64,000 bases of DNA, from positions 256,001 through 320,000 of the forward strand of contig CAWHXP010000007.1 in assembly GCA_963833425.1 (NCBI GenBank), written 5' to 3'. Below are positions 33,468 through 45,213 of the stretch, piece by piece (the first letter of the stretch is position 1; each line of letters opens with the position of its first letter). This DNA is from an uncultured Methanosarcinaceae archaeon (GTDB lineage Archaea; Halobacteriota; Methanosarcinia; Methanosarcinales; Methanosarcinaceae). The notes beneath the pieces were generated by a model. The model made no database searches. It worked only from the letters and a program-made list of their open reading frames with translations, and had not been told where the DNA came from. The position numbers were made by a program, and so were the translations under genes.

Positions 33468-33847
33468 ATCGAATTCTCCTTAGGACTAATGCACTTCAGG
33501 TGCAAAAAAACACTAGCCTATTAATCATAATTATTAAGGCCGAAATTGTTTGAAGTTTAGGCATATGATTTTGCAATGAATTGCGTAAGTCCTGCATTGA
33601 TCTGATCGTCTTGCCGGCGGACTGTCGGCAGGGAATTTTTAGATTAACAATCCAGTATATATATATATTTTTAGTTAAATAAAGAATTTGTATGAGTAAG
33701 AATCGCAAAATAACCTTTTTTAGTGGCTTAATTCTAGATATCATCTTTAAATTTACAGGATTGCAAAATATAATAGCATTGATTAAAGAATCAAAATCCA
33801 GTTTTTTATTAGTTAAGAGATCCAGCTAATCTTGAATGTCAAAAAGT

Positions 33848-33997
33848 TGATCTTGTTAGCTGCAGGTGAAGAGATGCCTGCAGCCCGAGAGTAGGTAGGC
33901 GATTAGGTACCAGAATACATATAAAACATAACTAAATTGAATTGTTATATATTTTTTGCATGTTTACTATATAGTACTAACCAAAACTAATTGCTAA
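33848..33997 (-). ncRNA. Non-coding module copy A: TATA box, leader, variable segment, GC hairpin (candidate sRNA or 5' leader)
   Basis: Stem gctgcagg 33859-33866 / cctgcagc 33877-33884; BRE/TATA-like caaaaaatatataa on the minus strand near 33945-33958; U-tract at 33841-33845. Confidence 0.5.
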
Positions 33998-34360
33998 GAC
34001 TATTCTATGGTACTGAGTTCATGAACTAGAAATGAGCGGAGTCTTTTCCCGCAAATCAATTTTTCTGTAGTATATATGTAGCTATGTTTTTTATGCGAAA
34101 TTATGTATAATAGAATAACTTCCATTGGAACATATACTATATATTTCAAAAGAAATTAAAAATAATGTAACAATATCAAGAACTTGCCTACAGTTACGAA
34201 AGTGAATAGGTTATGGTGTGACTCTCAGTCTGCTTTATACCCTGCATTAGTACCCACAGCAGACTTTTGCGGGCCCATAAATATAAAAAATATAATTTTG
34301 GGTGATTATACACTCAAATTCTAAAATTAGATTTTTCCTACATTGTTTTATTAATTTAGG

Positions 34361-34511
34361 TGATCTTGTTAGCTGCAGGTTTCCAGATGCCTGCAGCCTG
34401 CCGAAAGACTATCGCAAGGTACGAGAATACCTATAATATATAACTAGATTTAACTTAATATAAATTTTTTGTATATATTCCAAATAGTGCTTACTTAAAC
34501 TAATTAGTAAG
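34361..34511 (-). ncRNA. Non-coding module copy B
   Basis: tgatcttgttagctgcaggt is identical to copy A; stem 34372-34379 / 34390-34397; colinear with copy A through the TATA region. Confidence 0.5.
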
Positions 34512-34751
34512 CGAGTCAGGTTCTGGTGCCTTATATTAAGTCCATTTCACTAAGAGAAACAAAGCAAATAGTCCTATGAAGATGCCAAAAAATACATCGC
34601 CATTAATTACTTTAACCATAAAATGCACTGCTTGCTTCATCTTAATTTTGTCATCGAGCATGCAAACAACATCCACGGCATCTTCGAAAGCTATCAGTTA
34701 CTTAGTTTTTGATTAATTTGTGTGATAAGTCGATCTTATACGGCAAAAATT

Positions 34752-34895
34752 TGATTTTGCGGGCTGCGAAGGGAAATACCTACAGCCCGATCTGAGATCC
34801 GCTTGAATATACGGGGAAATTTATCAATTGTAATTAGATTTAGTTTATTATATATTTTTGTGTATATTTTATTCTAACTTAAACTCATTAGTATT
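34752..34895 (-). ncRNA. Non-coding module copy C (more diverged)
   Basis: tgattttgcgggctg...cagccc stem (34761-34766 / 34783-34788), similar spacing to a TATA-like caaaaatatataa, U-tract downstream on the minus strand. Confidence 0.45.
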
Positions 34896-35082
34896 AACAA
34901 TGCATGATCCGGATTTTTGATTGTCTTATTTTTCTTTCCCTACCATTTCGACCCTAGTTTTTCACTCGCCTAGTCTTTAATGTGGTACAGCGTTTTCCCA
35001 TAAGGAAAAAATAATTGCTCCGTTATGCTCCGTCGTTGATAGCGATTTTGCAAGCAATGCATGTTCTTGATTCATCTTTCAA

Positions 35083-36336
35083 TCATGGAAGAATTTTTAG
35101 GCGAACGTACGTTTGGCGAACCGCCTCTCGCATGCGTGGCAGCTCTAAGGCGAAGAAAACGCCACCAAACAGGGAAAAGAAGCCGTTCAGTTGGAAGGCA
35201 AGGGATGTGTCAAAGGTTGAACTTAAATAGCCTGTGAACAGGCTGCCGATGGGAGCCATTCCAATAAAGGCCAAAGTGTAGAAGCTCAGCACGCGGCCAC
35301 GCTTGTCTTCATCAGAAATTGTTTGCAGGAGTGTGTTACTTGCCGCCATCTGTACAATCATACCATAGCCAACTGTAGCTAAAAGAGCCGCGGATAACTC
35401 CATATGTGATGTCTGCGAAAGTCCAATAAGACCCAGTCCCATGATAATAGAACCCAAGGCGATCCATTTTCCCAACCCCAATACGCTTTTTCGTGTTGCA
35501 AGAAAAAGGGCCCCTGCTAAAGAGCCACAGCCAGTCGAAGCGCTCAACAAACCTAAAGTTGATGCATTGCCATGCAAGGTTCTAACTGTAAACTCAGGCA
35601 AAAGAACCACGTAAGAACTTCCTGCAATGCTGCCCAGAGCAGCCAGAAGCAGGATATTTCTTAAAGGCACGCATGTAACAACATGATGCACGCCTTCTCG
35701 CAAGCTGGTATGCAGGCTCTTGTGAGGGCTTTCCTTGATAGGGCGAGTAGGTAAGCGCATCGCCAACAAGGCTGCCAGAACGGCAAGATAAGTGATTCCG
35801 TTAGCCAGAAAACAAATGCTTGGGGATGTTACGGCCAGAAGAAGACCCGCCAAGGAAGGTCCAATCAGACGTGCGACATTGAACATCGATGAATTGAGGG
35901 CAATGGCATTCCCTAAATCTTCACGGCGAGAGATCATCTCCGGAGTAAATGTCTGCCGGGCAGTTATATCGAAAGCGTTCACAACTCCAAGAAAGAGGCT
36001 AAGAACGTAAACCTGCCATATGGCAATCGTTCCTGTCAGTCCCAAGAAAGCGAGCACAAAAGCCTGAACCATCGACAGAGTTTGGGTCAGAAGGATGACT
36101 TGCTGCCTGTTCCAACGATCTATCAAGACGCCAATGAAAGGTGACAACAGCAAGGAGGGAATACTGGCAAGGAACAAAACCAATCCCAACTTAAAGGAAG
36201 AGTTTGTCAATTGAAAAACAAGCCAGGACATGGCTATTTGCTGCATCCATGTGCCAATCAACGAAAAGCCTTGGCCGAAGAAGAACAAGCGAAAATTGCG
36301 GTTAGACAATGATCTCAACAGGGATTTTAGCCTCAT
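35083..36336 (-). CDS. MFS transporter (transmembrane secretion effector-like)
   Basis: About 12 hydrophobic segments; RNFRLFFFGQGFSLIGTWMQ, GVLIDRWNR, AIALNS..FN.ARLIGP, RGRVLSFY. Confidence 0.92.
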   Translation of the reverse strand: MRLKSLLRSLSNRNFRLFFFGQGFSLIGTWMQQIAMSWLVFQLTNSSFKLGLVLFLASIPSLLLSPFIGVLIDRWNRQQVILLTQTLSMVQAFVLAFLGLTGTIAIWQVYVLSLFLGVVNAFDITARQTFTPEMISRREDLGNAIALNSSMFNVARLIGPSLAGLLLAVTSPSICFLANGITYLAVLAALLAMRLPTRPIKESPHKSLHTSLREGVHHVVTCVPLRNILLLAALGSIAGSSYVVLLPEFTVRTLHGNASTLGLLSASTGCGSLAGALFLATRKSVLGLGKWIALGSIIMGLGLIGLSQTSHMELSAALLATVGYGMIVQMAASNTLLQTISDEDKRGRVLSFYTLAFIGMAPIGSLFTGYLSSTFDTSLAFQLNGFFSLFGGVFFALELPRMREAVRQTYVRLKILP

Positions 36337-37435
36337 AGGGATTTTCTCGACATATTTAATAGAGTAAAATGATATTGTTAAATTCTAAAGATAAAATAAA
36401 AAGATATTCCATGCCACAAATGCCTTCAAAATGGATAATGAAGCTGCCTTCCAATTTAGTGGGGCATACATATAGGGTGCTATGTATATTTGGCAATTAA
36501 AAGAGACAAAAAAAATCAAACGATTTAGTAGTCACCTCGAAAGATATCAATTCATTTATACCTATTTCAAATCAGGCTTTTCCGAAAGCATTGGACGGGT
36601 TAGAAAAATTAGGGGGTAAAACAACTATAAGACAACGAAATAAAAGTTCTGATGTAACTGTGTTATTTGACAATTGTCATGAAGAGTATCCCACTTTAAA
36701 AATCCACAATAAATTAGGAATCACGTATTTGAAATAAAAATAAAATGTTTTAGACATCGTAGTTAATCAATTTCCAAAAATATCGATTAGCAATTGGAGG
36801 ATAGATATTTCCTTGAAAAGATATAAATCTGGATTCACTTTTCCTGCGTGATCAGAAGCACAGTGGACAAGTCAAAACCAGCCTGGCTGGAACCTCTGTA
36901 CGCTAAAGAGAACGCATCTAATAGCTGTTCATTTTGCTGGACGGCACAGGATTTGGACAACTTGGATGCTATGGTAGCTCTACACATACACACAACCTTG
37001 ATAGTTTGGCCTCGTGAGGCCTTGCCTATCCAAATATGCATACCACTGCTCTGTGCTCTCTTAGTCTTTAGTACATGCTTACCGGCCACAAAACCATTGC
37101 CCGAATAACGTTGCCTGCATTACCGAAGACTCAACTGGCTTCCAGGCTATAATGGTTATATACCTTTTGAGAACTATTTTTTTGTCGGAGATACTTCTCC
37201 GCATTTTACAACACCTATGCAATCGGCAAGTGGCATCTGAAGCCTGCAGAACAGGACCGATGGACTTGGAGACTGGGTTTTGAATACTTCTACGATTTTT
37301 TAGGAGATGATACAAACAGTATTTTCCTGAACTGATTTGATATCGTTCCATAGCCTCTCCCAAAACTCAGAAGAGGGCTGCACCTTGAATAAGGACATAG
37401 TGAATGGACTATCCAGTTCATTGCTAACTCCAAGC

Positions 37436-37641
37436 AAATCGCACCAAACAAAACTTTTTATGTACTTCTGCCCAGGTGCCACGCAGGCTATTCATCATGT
37501 TCCTATGGAATGGGCAGATAAATACAAAGGTAAGTTCGATGATGTTTGAGGCGTTTATCGGGAGAAGACATTGCGCGGCAGAAAGAACTAGGCATTGTCC
37601 CAAAAGAAATCGAGCTCTCTAGCCATGATCCGGATGTCCCA
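37436..37641 (+). pseudogene. Internal fragment of an arylsulfatase
   Basis: [27 protein letters not shown]...YREKT.ARQKELGIVPK..ELS.HDPDVP across stops and frameshifts. Confidence 0.75.
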
Positions 37642-38400
37642 TTCCAAAATGCCGGCATTTGCAGCGTCCAGTGCTAAGATCAACTGATTAATACGCAACC
37701 CCATCTCCTTTTCTGCCCCTTTTCTTTTTTAGAGCCTGCAAAATTGCTGGAGTCATAGTTTCCAGATCTTTCTGTTGCTCGCAACTATAACCACCTTCAA
37801 GATTTGCAACCCAAGCATGCCAACTATATTCCTATCTAAGATGAGGGGTACGCCAAAAAATGAAGTGAGTTGGGGATGACCATGCAACATACCATACTTT
37901 CTAGATGTGATACTAGATCATTGGTAAATAAATTTTTCTCACTGTTAATGATATTCATACAAGCCATGAAGAATAAAACTTCCCTCAGGACGGCCGATTG
38001 CCAGTCTTGTCATACATCAGACACTGCCCCATCCCATGTCGCTGATCGCAATATCGTGCAGTAACTCGTCATCATCCACTAAATTAACGAAAACGAGCTA
38101 GTCTCCAGTTACTTCCAGCGCTACAGAAGAACACTCATTTCCCAGATCCTCTTTTGTATTATCTTGATCACAATGTTGAAGATCTTATTGATTCCTTCAA
38201 GAATAAGGTTGTGATGAGCATTCTTGCGACTTTAAGTTTATCCTTATAAGTTTAATCCACTCATTCTCGATACTTAAGACCTTATTGACTTTTTTCAGCT
38301 CAACTATCCTTCTTGGAGCCGGACCTCCAGTTCATCGCTCTTGAACGTTTAGAAATAGTTATAATTCCTCAATTCTACTTTAACAGACATCAACATATCT
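37629..38400 (-). pseudogene. Fragment of a GAF/PAS sensor histidine kinase
   Basis: Reads HNLILEGINKIF...LLHDIAISDMGW...HGHPQLTSFFGVPLILDRNIVGMLG.ANLEGGYSCEQQKDLE...LALDAANAGILEWD, with stops and indels. Confidence 0.75.
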
Positions 38401-38619
38401 ACACAGGTATAGATTCAGATTTTAAGTATTTTTGATTTTATGTCTATATTAAATTTGGAACTAAATTTTCTTATTTTTTTAGCAGCTTTCCCACTTAATT
38501 TTAACTTTTTGTGATTTTGTATCACCCAGTCATTACCCCACAGAAAGCAGCCAATAGCACTTAAGGTAAATTAGATCTATTAGTGCTTCTAGAAGCCAGC
38601 ATAAAGAAAGTAGCAAGAG

Positions 38620-38880
38620 AATATCAAAGTCAAAGATAATCAGATAGACATCAAAGATATTAATGAACTCCAACAAGTCGTAATAGACGATCTGAAAAAT
38701 TCAGATCCAAGCATTTTATGGCCAGATGATCATTAAGGACCAGCAGCTGCATACTAAGGACGAGCAGATAGAAAAGCTAAATAGAATGTGCACAAACAGG
38801 CTGTGAATATTCAAAGTTTAATCCAGAAAAATAGCAGGCTAAATATTAAGCTGCTTCAGGCTATTGCAGAAAAAAGTAAC
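38620..38880 (+). pseudogene. Remnant of a coiled-coil protein
   Basis: ELQQVVIDDLKN..., IKDQQLHTKDEQIEKLN..., HKQAVNIQSLIQKNSRLNIKLL across frameshifts. Confidence 0.35.
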
Positions 38881-39984
38881 TTCTTGCTAATATTTTAGTA
38901 AGCAATGCTACAAAGAAACTAAGATGGAATATGAAAAACAAAGTATATTGAGTAAACCGGTCTAATTTGGATGAGAAATTTAAACAATTTATGACTGTGA
39001 CCTACCCCAATTTGAACAAACTTCACTAGAATTTGTTTCTAATTTCACAGCGGACATGACGATTGTCTCAACTTTCTCGTTTTTATTCTTTGAGTAAACG
39101 TTATTTACCGATTAATAGCTCCCTATTATTAATGAAAAATATATTATTGGTAAAATTTTGTTATCATACTATGCATTCAAGGTTTAATATGTCGATGAGG
39201 ATGATTCAAGCTGTATCTATCACAGTTGATAGGGGCATTTTAACTTCACAAAGTAGTAAAACTTTTTCATAAATATAATGTAGAGATGTTAATTGTAACA
39301 ATCAGCAGCGTATCCAAAGGAGCCCGTCAAGACCTACATCATGAATTAACTTGCGATTTACTAAGATTAAAGAACCTTTTTGTCGTGTGCAAAAGTTATT
39401 GGGCAATTTTGAAAAAAAGTACTACCCCTATATAGGAGGATTAAATTTGGAATTTTACAAAACTTCCACTTATCGCCTAAATGATTAAATAAATCCGGTT
39501 GTAGGTTGAATAGCTACATAATTTTCATTTAATTTTTATCATTCGTGAGATAAATAGAGCAACTTTTTGGCTTTTTAACATAACGCATGTTTTACTAAAA
39601 ACTAATTATTTTTTGCAAAATCAATTAAAAATGTTCTATAATTTTGGCTGAAAATGAGAAAATGCATAAGTTTTATAACAAAAAAACATGTGTATCTTAT
39701 CCATAAGCGTAACAGTTTGCAAATCGTAGTTTCATTTTACAGTGCAAAGGTAGGTTAAAAAATAAATACCGTAGTTAATAGTAGATTTCAGGAAGTTTCC
39801 ATCTATATAGAAAGCTGCATTGTATTCAACTGAAATAATCCTTTAAGGTAAAATACCCCGCAAAAAAATAAGCATGCACAGCAAAAAATATTCACGTTCT
39901 AATTTGCAGGGAAGGGGGATTTTTCAAGAAAAATATTCGCAGAAAGAAATAATTAGAGAAGAAAATTACAACTAAGGAAGTATC

Positions 39985-40443
39985 ATGGAAACAAAATTGA
40001 TAATCGCAATTGCCCTTATCATTTCAGCTGTTTTACTGGCCGAAAAATTTTTTCAAGAAGTCAGCACTGAACAGTTCAGGGAAGGCAAATATATCCACAT
40101 TAACAGTGTTGAAATCGAGTTTAATAAAGCGAATGCGAATGTCAATGTAACATACCGCCTTAGCCCTTTCGCTGAAGCGTACATATTCCTGTTTGGGAGC
40201 AAGCACCTGGAACCCAAGATGCAAGAGATTTTTGCTGATTTCAGGGATGTAAAGATTCTTGAGATCGGAAGTAACCGTGCTTTACTTCTTGTGCCAAATA
40301 TTTCCCGGAAAAGTGACCAGTTTTACCTGCATGAATCCAGAAAATTCGATGTGCGGCCTGATATCCTTACATTGGTTTATCCTGATGGTGCAAGAAGGAA
40401 TATCATAAATACAAAATCTACCCCGAATACCTTCTATACATAG
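39985..40443 (+). CDS. Hypothetical protein with N-terminal membrane anchor
   Basis: 152-aa ORF, RBS-like aagga, hydrophobic N-terminus. Confidence 0.75.
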   Translation: METKLIIAIALIISAVLLAEKFFQEVSTEQFREGKYIHINSVEIEFNKANANVNVTYRLSPFAEAYIFLFGSKHLEPKMQEIFADFRDVKILEIGSNRALLLVPNISRKSDQFYLHESRKFDVRPDILTLVYPDGARRNIINTKSTPNTFYT

Positions 40444-41058
40444 GAAAGATTTGGCATAGCTTTAAATTACTTTTAATTAATCTAGCATCGTCTTTTCATC
40501 AATTTTGTTTTTCGTTTTAATTGTCTCCTAATTGACATAGCTGCAATTTATAGATTCTATCTCATTAATTTTATCTTAATCATATTTTTTATAAACATTT
40601 TTTTCCTTTCAGAATGACTGAATATACGAACTTGATCCGTTATTTGAATAGATGACAGAAAAAAATCTATATTTAACAACTATTTTAATTCTCCGAAATG
40701 CCCTCATTTATACAGATATAAAATTTTTTTACTCATTTGCTCATTATTATTCATTGAAAGTTAGATTGATTTTTAAGTTACTGTCATTCGGAAAAATGGA
40801 TTGAATTGTTGTCTACAGAAAGCGATGTATCCATTACATTGATTAATTTTCAAATAATTCTGTGAGCATCTTTTTTTCCAAAAATTCATTCTCCATTTTT
40901 AGTGCTCTGTGCTCTCGGCAAAATTTAAAAATATGTTCATTAAAGCTCAATTTGATTGTTTAGCAGCCGAATTCTTTTTGAAAAACCTATTGATTTAATT
41001 TTATTCATATTTCAGGAATATATATTTAACAAGAGAAACCCAATTTGCTTTGATAGCA

Positions 41059-42312
41059 ATGGGAAAATTCAAAATAAAATGTCTGAAGTGCGGAAAAGAA
41101 TATGGTCATCAGTACAGGCTCACTTGTGAGAATGATGACTCCATCTTGAGGGCGGAATATTTTGAAAAAATGCTGAATCTACGAAATCAGCCAGGTATGG
41201 GAAGGTTTCATTCCTGGCTTCCGATCCAGGAAGAGACTTACTACGGATGCAGGTCCCACTACCTACAAAAGTGAGGCTTTTGCAAAGGAACTCGGGCTTT
41301 TAAACCTTTACATAGGATTCAGTGGTTATTGGCCCGAAAAAGGATCTTTTATCAAAACCTGCAGTTTCAAAGAACTTGAAGCTTACCCTACCATGCAGTT
41401 TCTAAAAGAAAGCGGGGGAAAAGCTATAGTCCTTGCCTCCGCCGGAAATACTGGTAGGGCATTTGCTCACGTCTCGGTCTTAACAGGGGTAGAGGTCTAC
41501 ATAGTAGTGCCAAATTCTGGAATTTCACATTTGTGGCTGCCCGAAGAACCGAATCGAATCCGTTCATTTGATAGATATGAGCCCAGGGAACGACTACACT
41601 GACGCTATCAACCTTGCAGCAAGAATTGCACAACTGCCTGGATTGATCTCCGAAGGCGGCGCCAGAAATATCGCCCGAAGAGATGGGATGGGCACTGTGA
41701 TGCTGGATGCAGCAGTAACCATAGGAAAAATGCCTGATCACTATTTCCAGGCAGTAGGGAGCGGGACCGGGGGGATTTCGGCATGGGAAGCTTCCTTGCG
41801 CTTAAAGGCCGACGGGCGATTCGGGCAGAAACTTCCGAAAATTGCAGCTTGCTCAAAACCTTCCTTTTGTACCCATCTACAATGCCTGGCAGGCAAAAAG
41901 AAGGGAAATTATTTCTGAAATTGATATGAAGGATGCTAAGAAGCAGATAGAGGAAACTTATGCATCGGTCCTTACAAATCGGACTCCTCCTTATGGCATA
42001 AAAGGAGGACTATACGATGCACTTGTCGATACTGATGGGGTAATGTATGCAATAACCAGAGAAGAAGCCCTCGAGGCTAAGACCCTTTTCGAATCTCTGG
42101 AGGGAATTGACATACTGCCCCCATCGGCAGTTGCTGCAGCCTCCCTGTTAAAAGCAGTAAAAACCGGAAATGTTGGGCTGGAAGATATCATTCTCCTGAA
42201 TATTGCAGGTGGGGGTTACATACGGCTAAAAGAAGACTTCACACTTTTTCAGATCTCACCGGTAGCTCATGCCAAAAACCCAGATGTTCCCTTAGAATAT
42301 CTAAAAATTTGA
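41059..42312 (+). CDS. Cysteate synthase (PLP-dependent, coenzyme M biosynthesis), split by about three single-base frameshifts
   Basis: TCSFKELEA, ASAGNTGRAF, EGGARNIARRDGMGTV, YFQAVGSGTGGI, LLNIAGGG; directly upstream of comDE. Confidence 0.9.
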
Positions 42313-42401
42313 GTGTGGAGAACTATAGAACAAGCATCACATAATAAAGGAACAAGCCCTGTAAATAAAAGCTACAGAATATAAAAGAAAGCTGAAGAGG
42401 T

Positions 42402-43550
42402 ATGTGCGTGGTAAATCCCGAAGAAGAAGTTATAGCAATCATGAAAAAAGAAGATATTGACCTCGCTGCAACGTTGCCCTGTGACCGAATCAAGAATCTG
42501 CTTCCTCTGGTCTCAGAAAATTTTCCAGAAATCAGATTGACTAGGGAAGAAAATGGCGTGGGTATTTGTGCCGGGGCTTACCTTGCAGGGGGAAGACCCA
42601 TGATGCTGATCCAAAGTACAGGGCTTGGGAATATGATTAACGCTTTAGAATCCCTAAATGTAATATGCAAAATTCCATTACCTATACTTACTAGCTGGCG
42701 TGGAGTTTATGGAGAATATATTGAAGCGCAAGTTCCTCTGGGGGTTCACCTTCCAGCCATCCTCAAAGGAGCAGAGCTAGAATACACAATAATTGAAGAT
42801 GCTGAAGATATCTCCCTCCTTGAAAACGCGATTAAAGATGCCTTTGAAAATTTAAGGCCTCATATTGCCCTGATCTCACCTAAAGTATGGGAAGCTTCTG
42901 GCTGCTGCACCTGGGAAGCTAGCAGCATTCCAGAAAAACCAAAGATTATGGAAAGAACATGCAGATTTAACCTCAAGATGGAAAATATCAAGCCATTAAT
43001 GCTCAGGAACGAGGCGATTTGCGCAGTTGCCTCTCAACTTAGTGACGAAATTACAGTAACAAATCTCGGAATACCCTGTAAAGAACTTTATGCCTACAAA
43101 GACAGAAATCTCAATTTTTATATGTTTGGTTCAATGGGACTTGTTTCCTCGATAGGCCTTGGCCTTGCACTCCGCACAGAAAGGATTGTTGTAGTTTTTG
43201 ATGGGGATGGAAGCCTGTTGATGAATCCTAATGCCCTTCTTGAAGCTGCAAAAGAAGCCACTAAAAACTTGATAATTATTTGCCTTGATAATGGTTCATA
43301 TGGGTCCACAGGTTCGCAGGAAACATGTGCTATGCGTTATATAGACCTCGAAATTTTTGCAAAAGCATGCGGAATCCAAAATACGGCTAAGGTAAACAAT
43401 AAAGAAGGACTAATAGAGGTTTTCAAGAGGTTTCGTGTCATTCAAGAGCTTTCATTCATTCATGTAATCCTTAAGCCAGGAAACACAAAAGCTCCAAATA
43501 TCCCACTTAGTCCAGAGGAAGTTACAAAACGTTTTAAAAAGGCTTTGTAA
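42402..43550 (+). CDS. comDE: Fused sulfopyruvate decarboxylase alpha/beta (ComDE)
   Basis: TREENGVGICAGAYLAG, QSTGLGN, NFYMFGSMG, TPP motif DGDGSLLMN...DNGSYGSTGSQ. Confidence 0.93.
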   Translation: MCVVNPEEEVIAIMKKEDIDLAATLPCDRIKNLLPLVSENFPEIRLTREENGVGICAGAYLAGGRPMMLIQSTGLGNMINALESLNVICKIPLPILTSWRGVYGEYIEAQVPLGVHLPAILKGAELEYTIIEDAEDISLLENAIKDAFENLRPHIALISPKVWEASGCCTWEASSIPEKPKIMERTCRFNLKMENIKPLMLRNEAICAVASQLSDEITVTNLGIPCKELYAYKDRNLNFYMFGSMGLVSSIGLGLALRTERIVVVFDGDGSLLMNPNALLEAAKEATKNLIIICLDNGSYGSTGSQETCAMRYIDLEIFAKACGIQNTAKVNNKEGLIEVFKRFRVIQELSFIHVILKPGNTKAPNIPLSPEEVTKRFKKAL

Positions 43551-44185
43551 GCCGAAAAACTATGAATTTTTAAAATCAAAACTGTTATGAAACCTTGAAA
43601 GTAGAACACATCTTAATTATTGAAAATTCGAACCTAACTTTAACAATTGAGTAAAAATAAGTGCTTTTGTTTATATTATTCTTTCAAATAAATATAAACA
43701 CAACGCAAAGAAAATTTCATATACTTTCTAATAGAAATATATTCGTTTCTCTCATATCTATTTTTGTTTTTAATCCTGTTATGAAAAATCTAATTTTTGT
43801 GGGATTTTACGTAATCATGCAGGAATGGTTTGGGTATATAATTTTATAGATAGGCCTGGTGAGCGATTAGCTAATTGATAACTTCATCATCAATAAATAT
43901 GGCAAATGTTTAAGCAATGAAGAAATTCTCAATATCTTTATACCTTAAAAGATTTCATAAAAGAATCCCTTACCTAGCATTTGAAATCTTGGAGAGTGAT
44001 TAAAAGTCGACATTCTGCTATGTACACAAATGTAGAATTTGTTTGCCGATTTAACAACTCTAATTCATTTGAAGTTGAATTAATTTTGGAGCTACTGTCA
44101 TAATGGAACAACAGATGAATTCTTGCGTACATCTATGGACAAGTGGAGTAACTAATTATGGATTCTAATCAGGTATTGGAATTTA

Positions 44186-44656
44186 TTAAGATTCTGTTTT
44201 TTTTAAAAGTCTGCCATGCCTATCAATTTCTTCTTGTGCAATTCTTGTTGAAGAAATCGGAATTCCATCTTCAGCCATTACATATTCAACGTATATAATT
44301 TTCAGAGGTTCCCTTCCTTTTTCTTCTCTTATAAGATTGATTTTAAGGGCAACTGGATAAGTTTCGGGAGAGACAATTATATAATCAAAATCTTCTTCTA
44401 GAGTGGGACCGTAGGGATCATTCAGCCTTGTAACTTCATATGTGTCTTCAGGGAATCCAATTCCCATTAAATACTGCAGCAGCTGAGACCTCCGACTTTC
44501 ATAATTCTCGATGTTATGTACTTTTTGCAACATTTCGTCCGAGGTAAGCCCTATATGAACTTTTCCATCCCCTGCTATCTCAAATGATTTTTTAATTAAT
44601 TTGGCATGTCCATCATGAAGATACTGAAATGTACCACCAACTGCGACCTTTGGCAT
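44186..44656 (-). CDS. coaD: Phosphopantetheine adenylyltransferase (archaeal type)
   Basis: VAVGGTF..LHDGH, GLTSD, VSPET, ISSTRI. Confidence 0.92.
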   Translation of the reverse strand: MPKVAVGGTFQYLHDGHAKLIKKSFEIAGDGKVHIGLTSDEMLQKVHNIENYESRRSQLLQYLMGIGFPEDTYEVTRLNDPYGPTLEEDFDYIIVSPETYPVALKINLIREEKGREPLKIIYVEYVMAEDGIPISSTRIAQEEIDRHGRLLKKTES

Positions 44657-45213
44657 GATGGGTGATAATCCACTAAGTAAAAAGAAGTTTTGGTTTTTGT
44701 TACGGTTTTTTGAAAATATTCTCTATTTTTTGTATTTTCACAAATTTTCTGTGAATTCAAAGTTAAATTTTTGAGTACTTTGTGTGACGAAGTCTTATAA
44801 TTTAGAATTATTCCCTTTAATGACCTATTGAGGTTTATGATTTAACAGAAAATTAGGCACGATGACATTAATTTCCTCCTCTTGAAATTGCAAATATAAA
44901 AATAAGACATCTTATTTTACTTTTGACATTCTGTAGATGTGCACATAGGCATTTGCTTGCCTATTTTTCAAATGTTATTTATTGAAAGTTGGATTAATTT
45001 TGAAGCTATGTAAAATTGAAAAAGTACATGGCATTGTTGCGTCATTTAGAAGTAGGTTACTTCTTTTTGTTAGGTTTTTCGGACATTCCACTATTTTTCA
45101 CAGGCTCTCCATTAATACTTTCACTCTGGCTCCTCTAGTTATATATACATGCAAAACGAAGTGGAACAACCGTTATGCACCTTATATAAACTGTGCATCT
45201 AGGAGGATTTTTA

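Noticed and set aside
33496..33744. 82-aa ORF upstream of the PKD gene
   Set aside because: Runs through the TATA-like tract and hairpin of the probable promoter/leader; no RBS or protein-like motif.
33848..34895. Possible CRISPR array from the repeated hairpin units
   Set aside because: Units are 400-500 bp apart, each has its own TATA-like region, and no cas genes are in the window.
36835..37420. Cluster of short overlapping ORFs in GC-richer DNA
   Set aside because: Probably a decayed gene, but no motif could be recognised in any frame.
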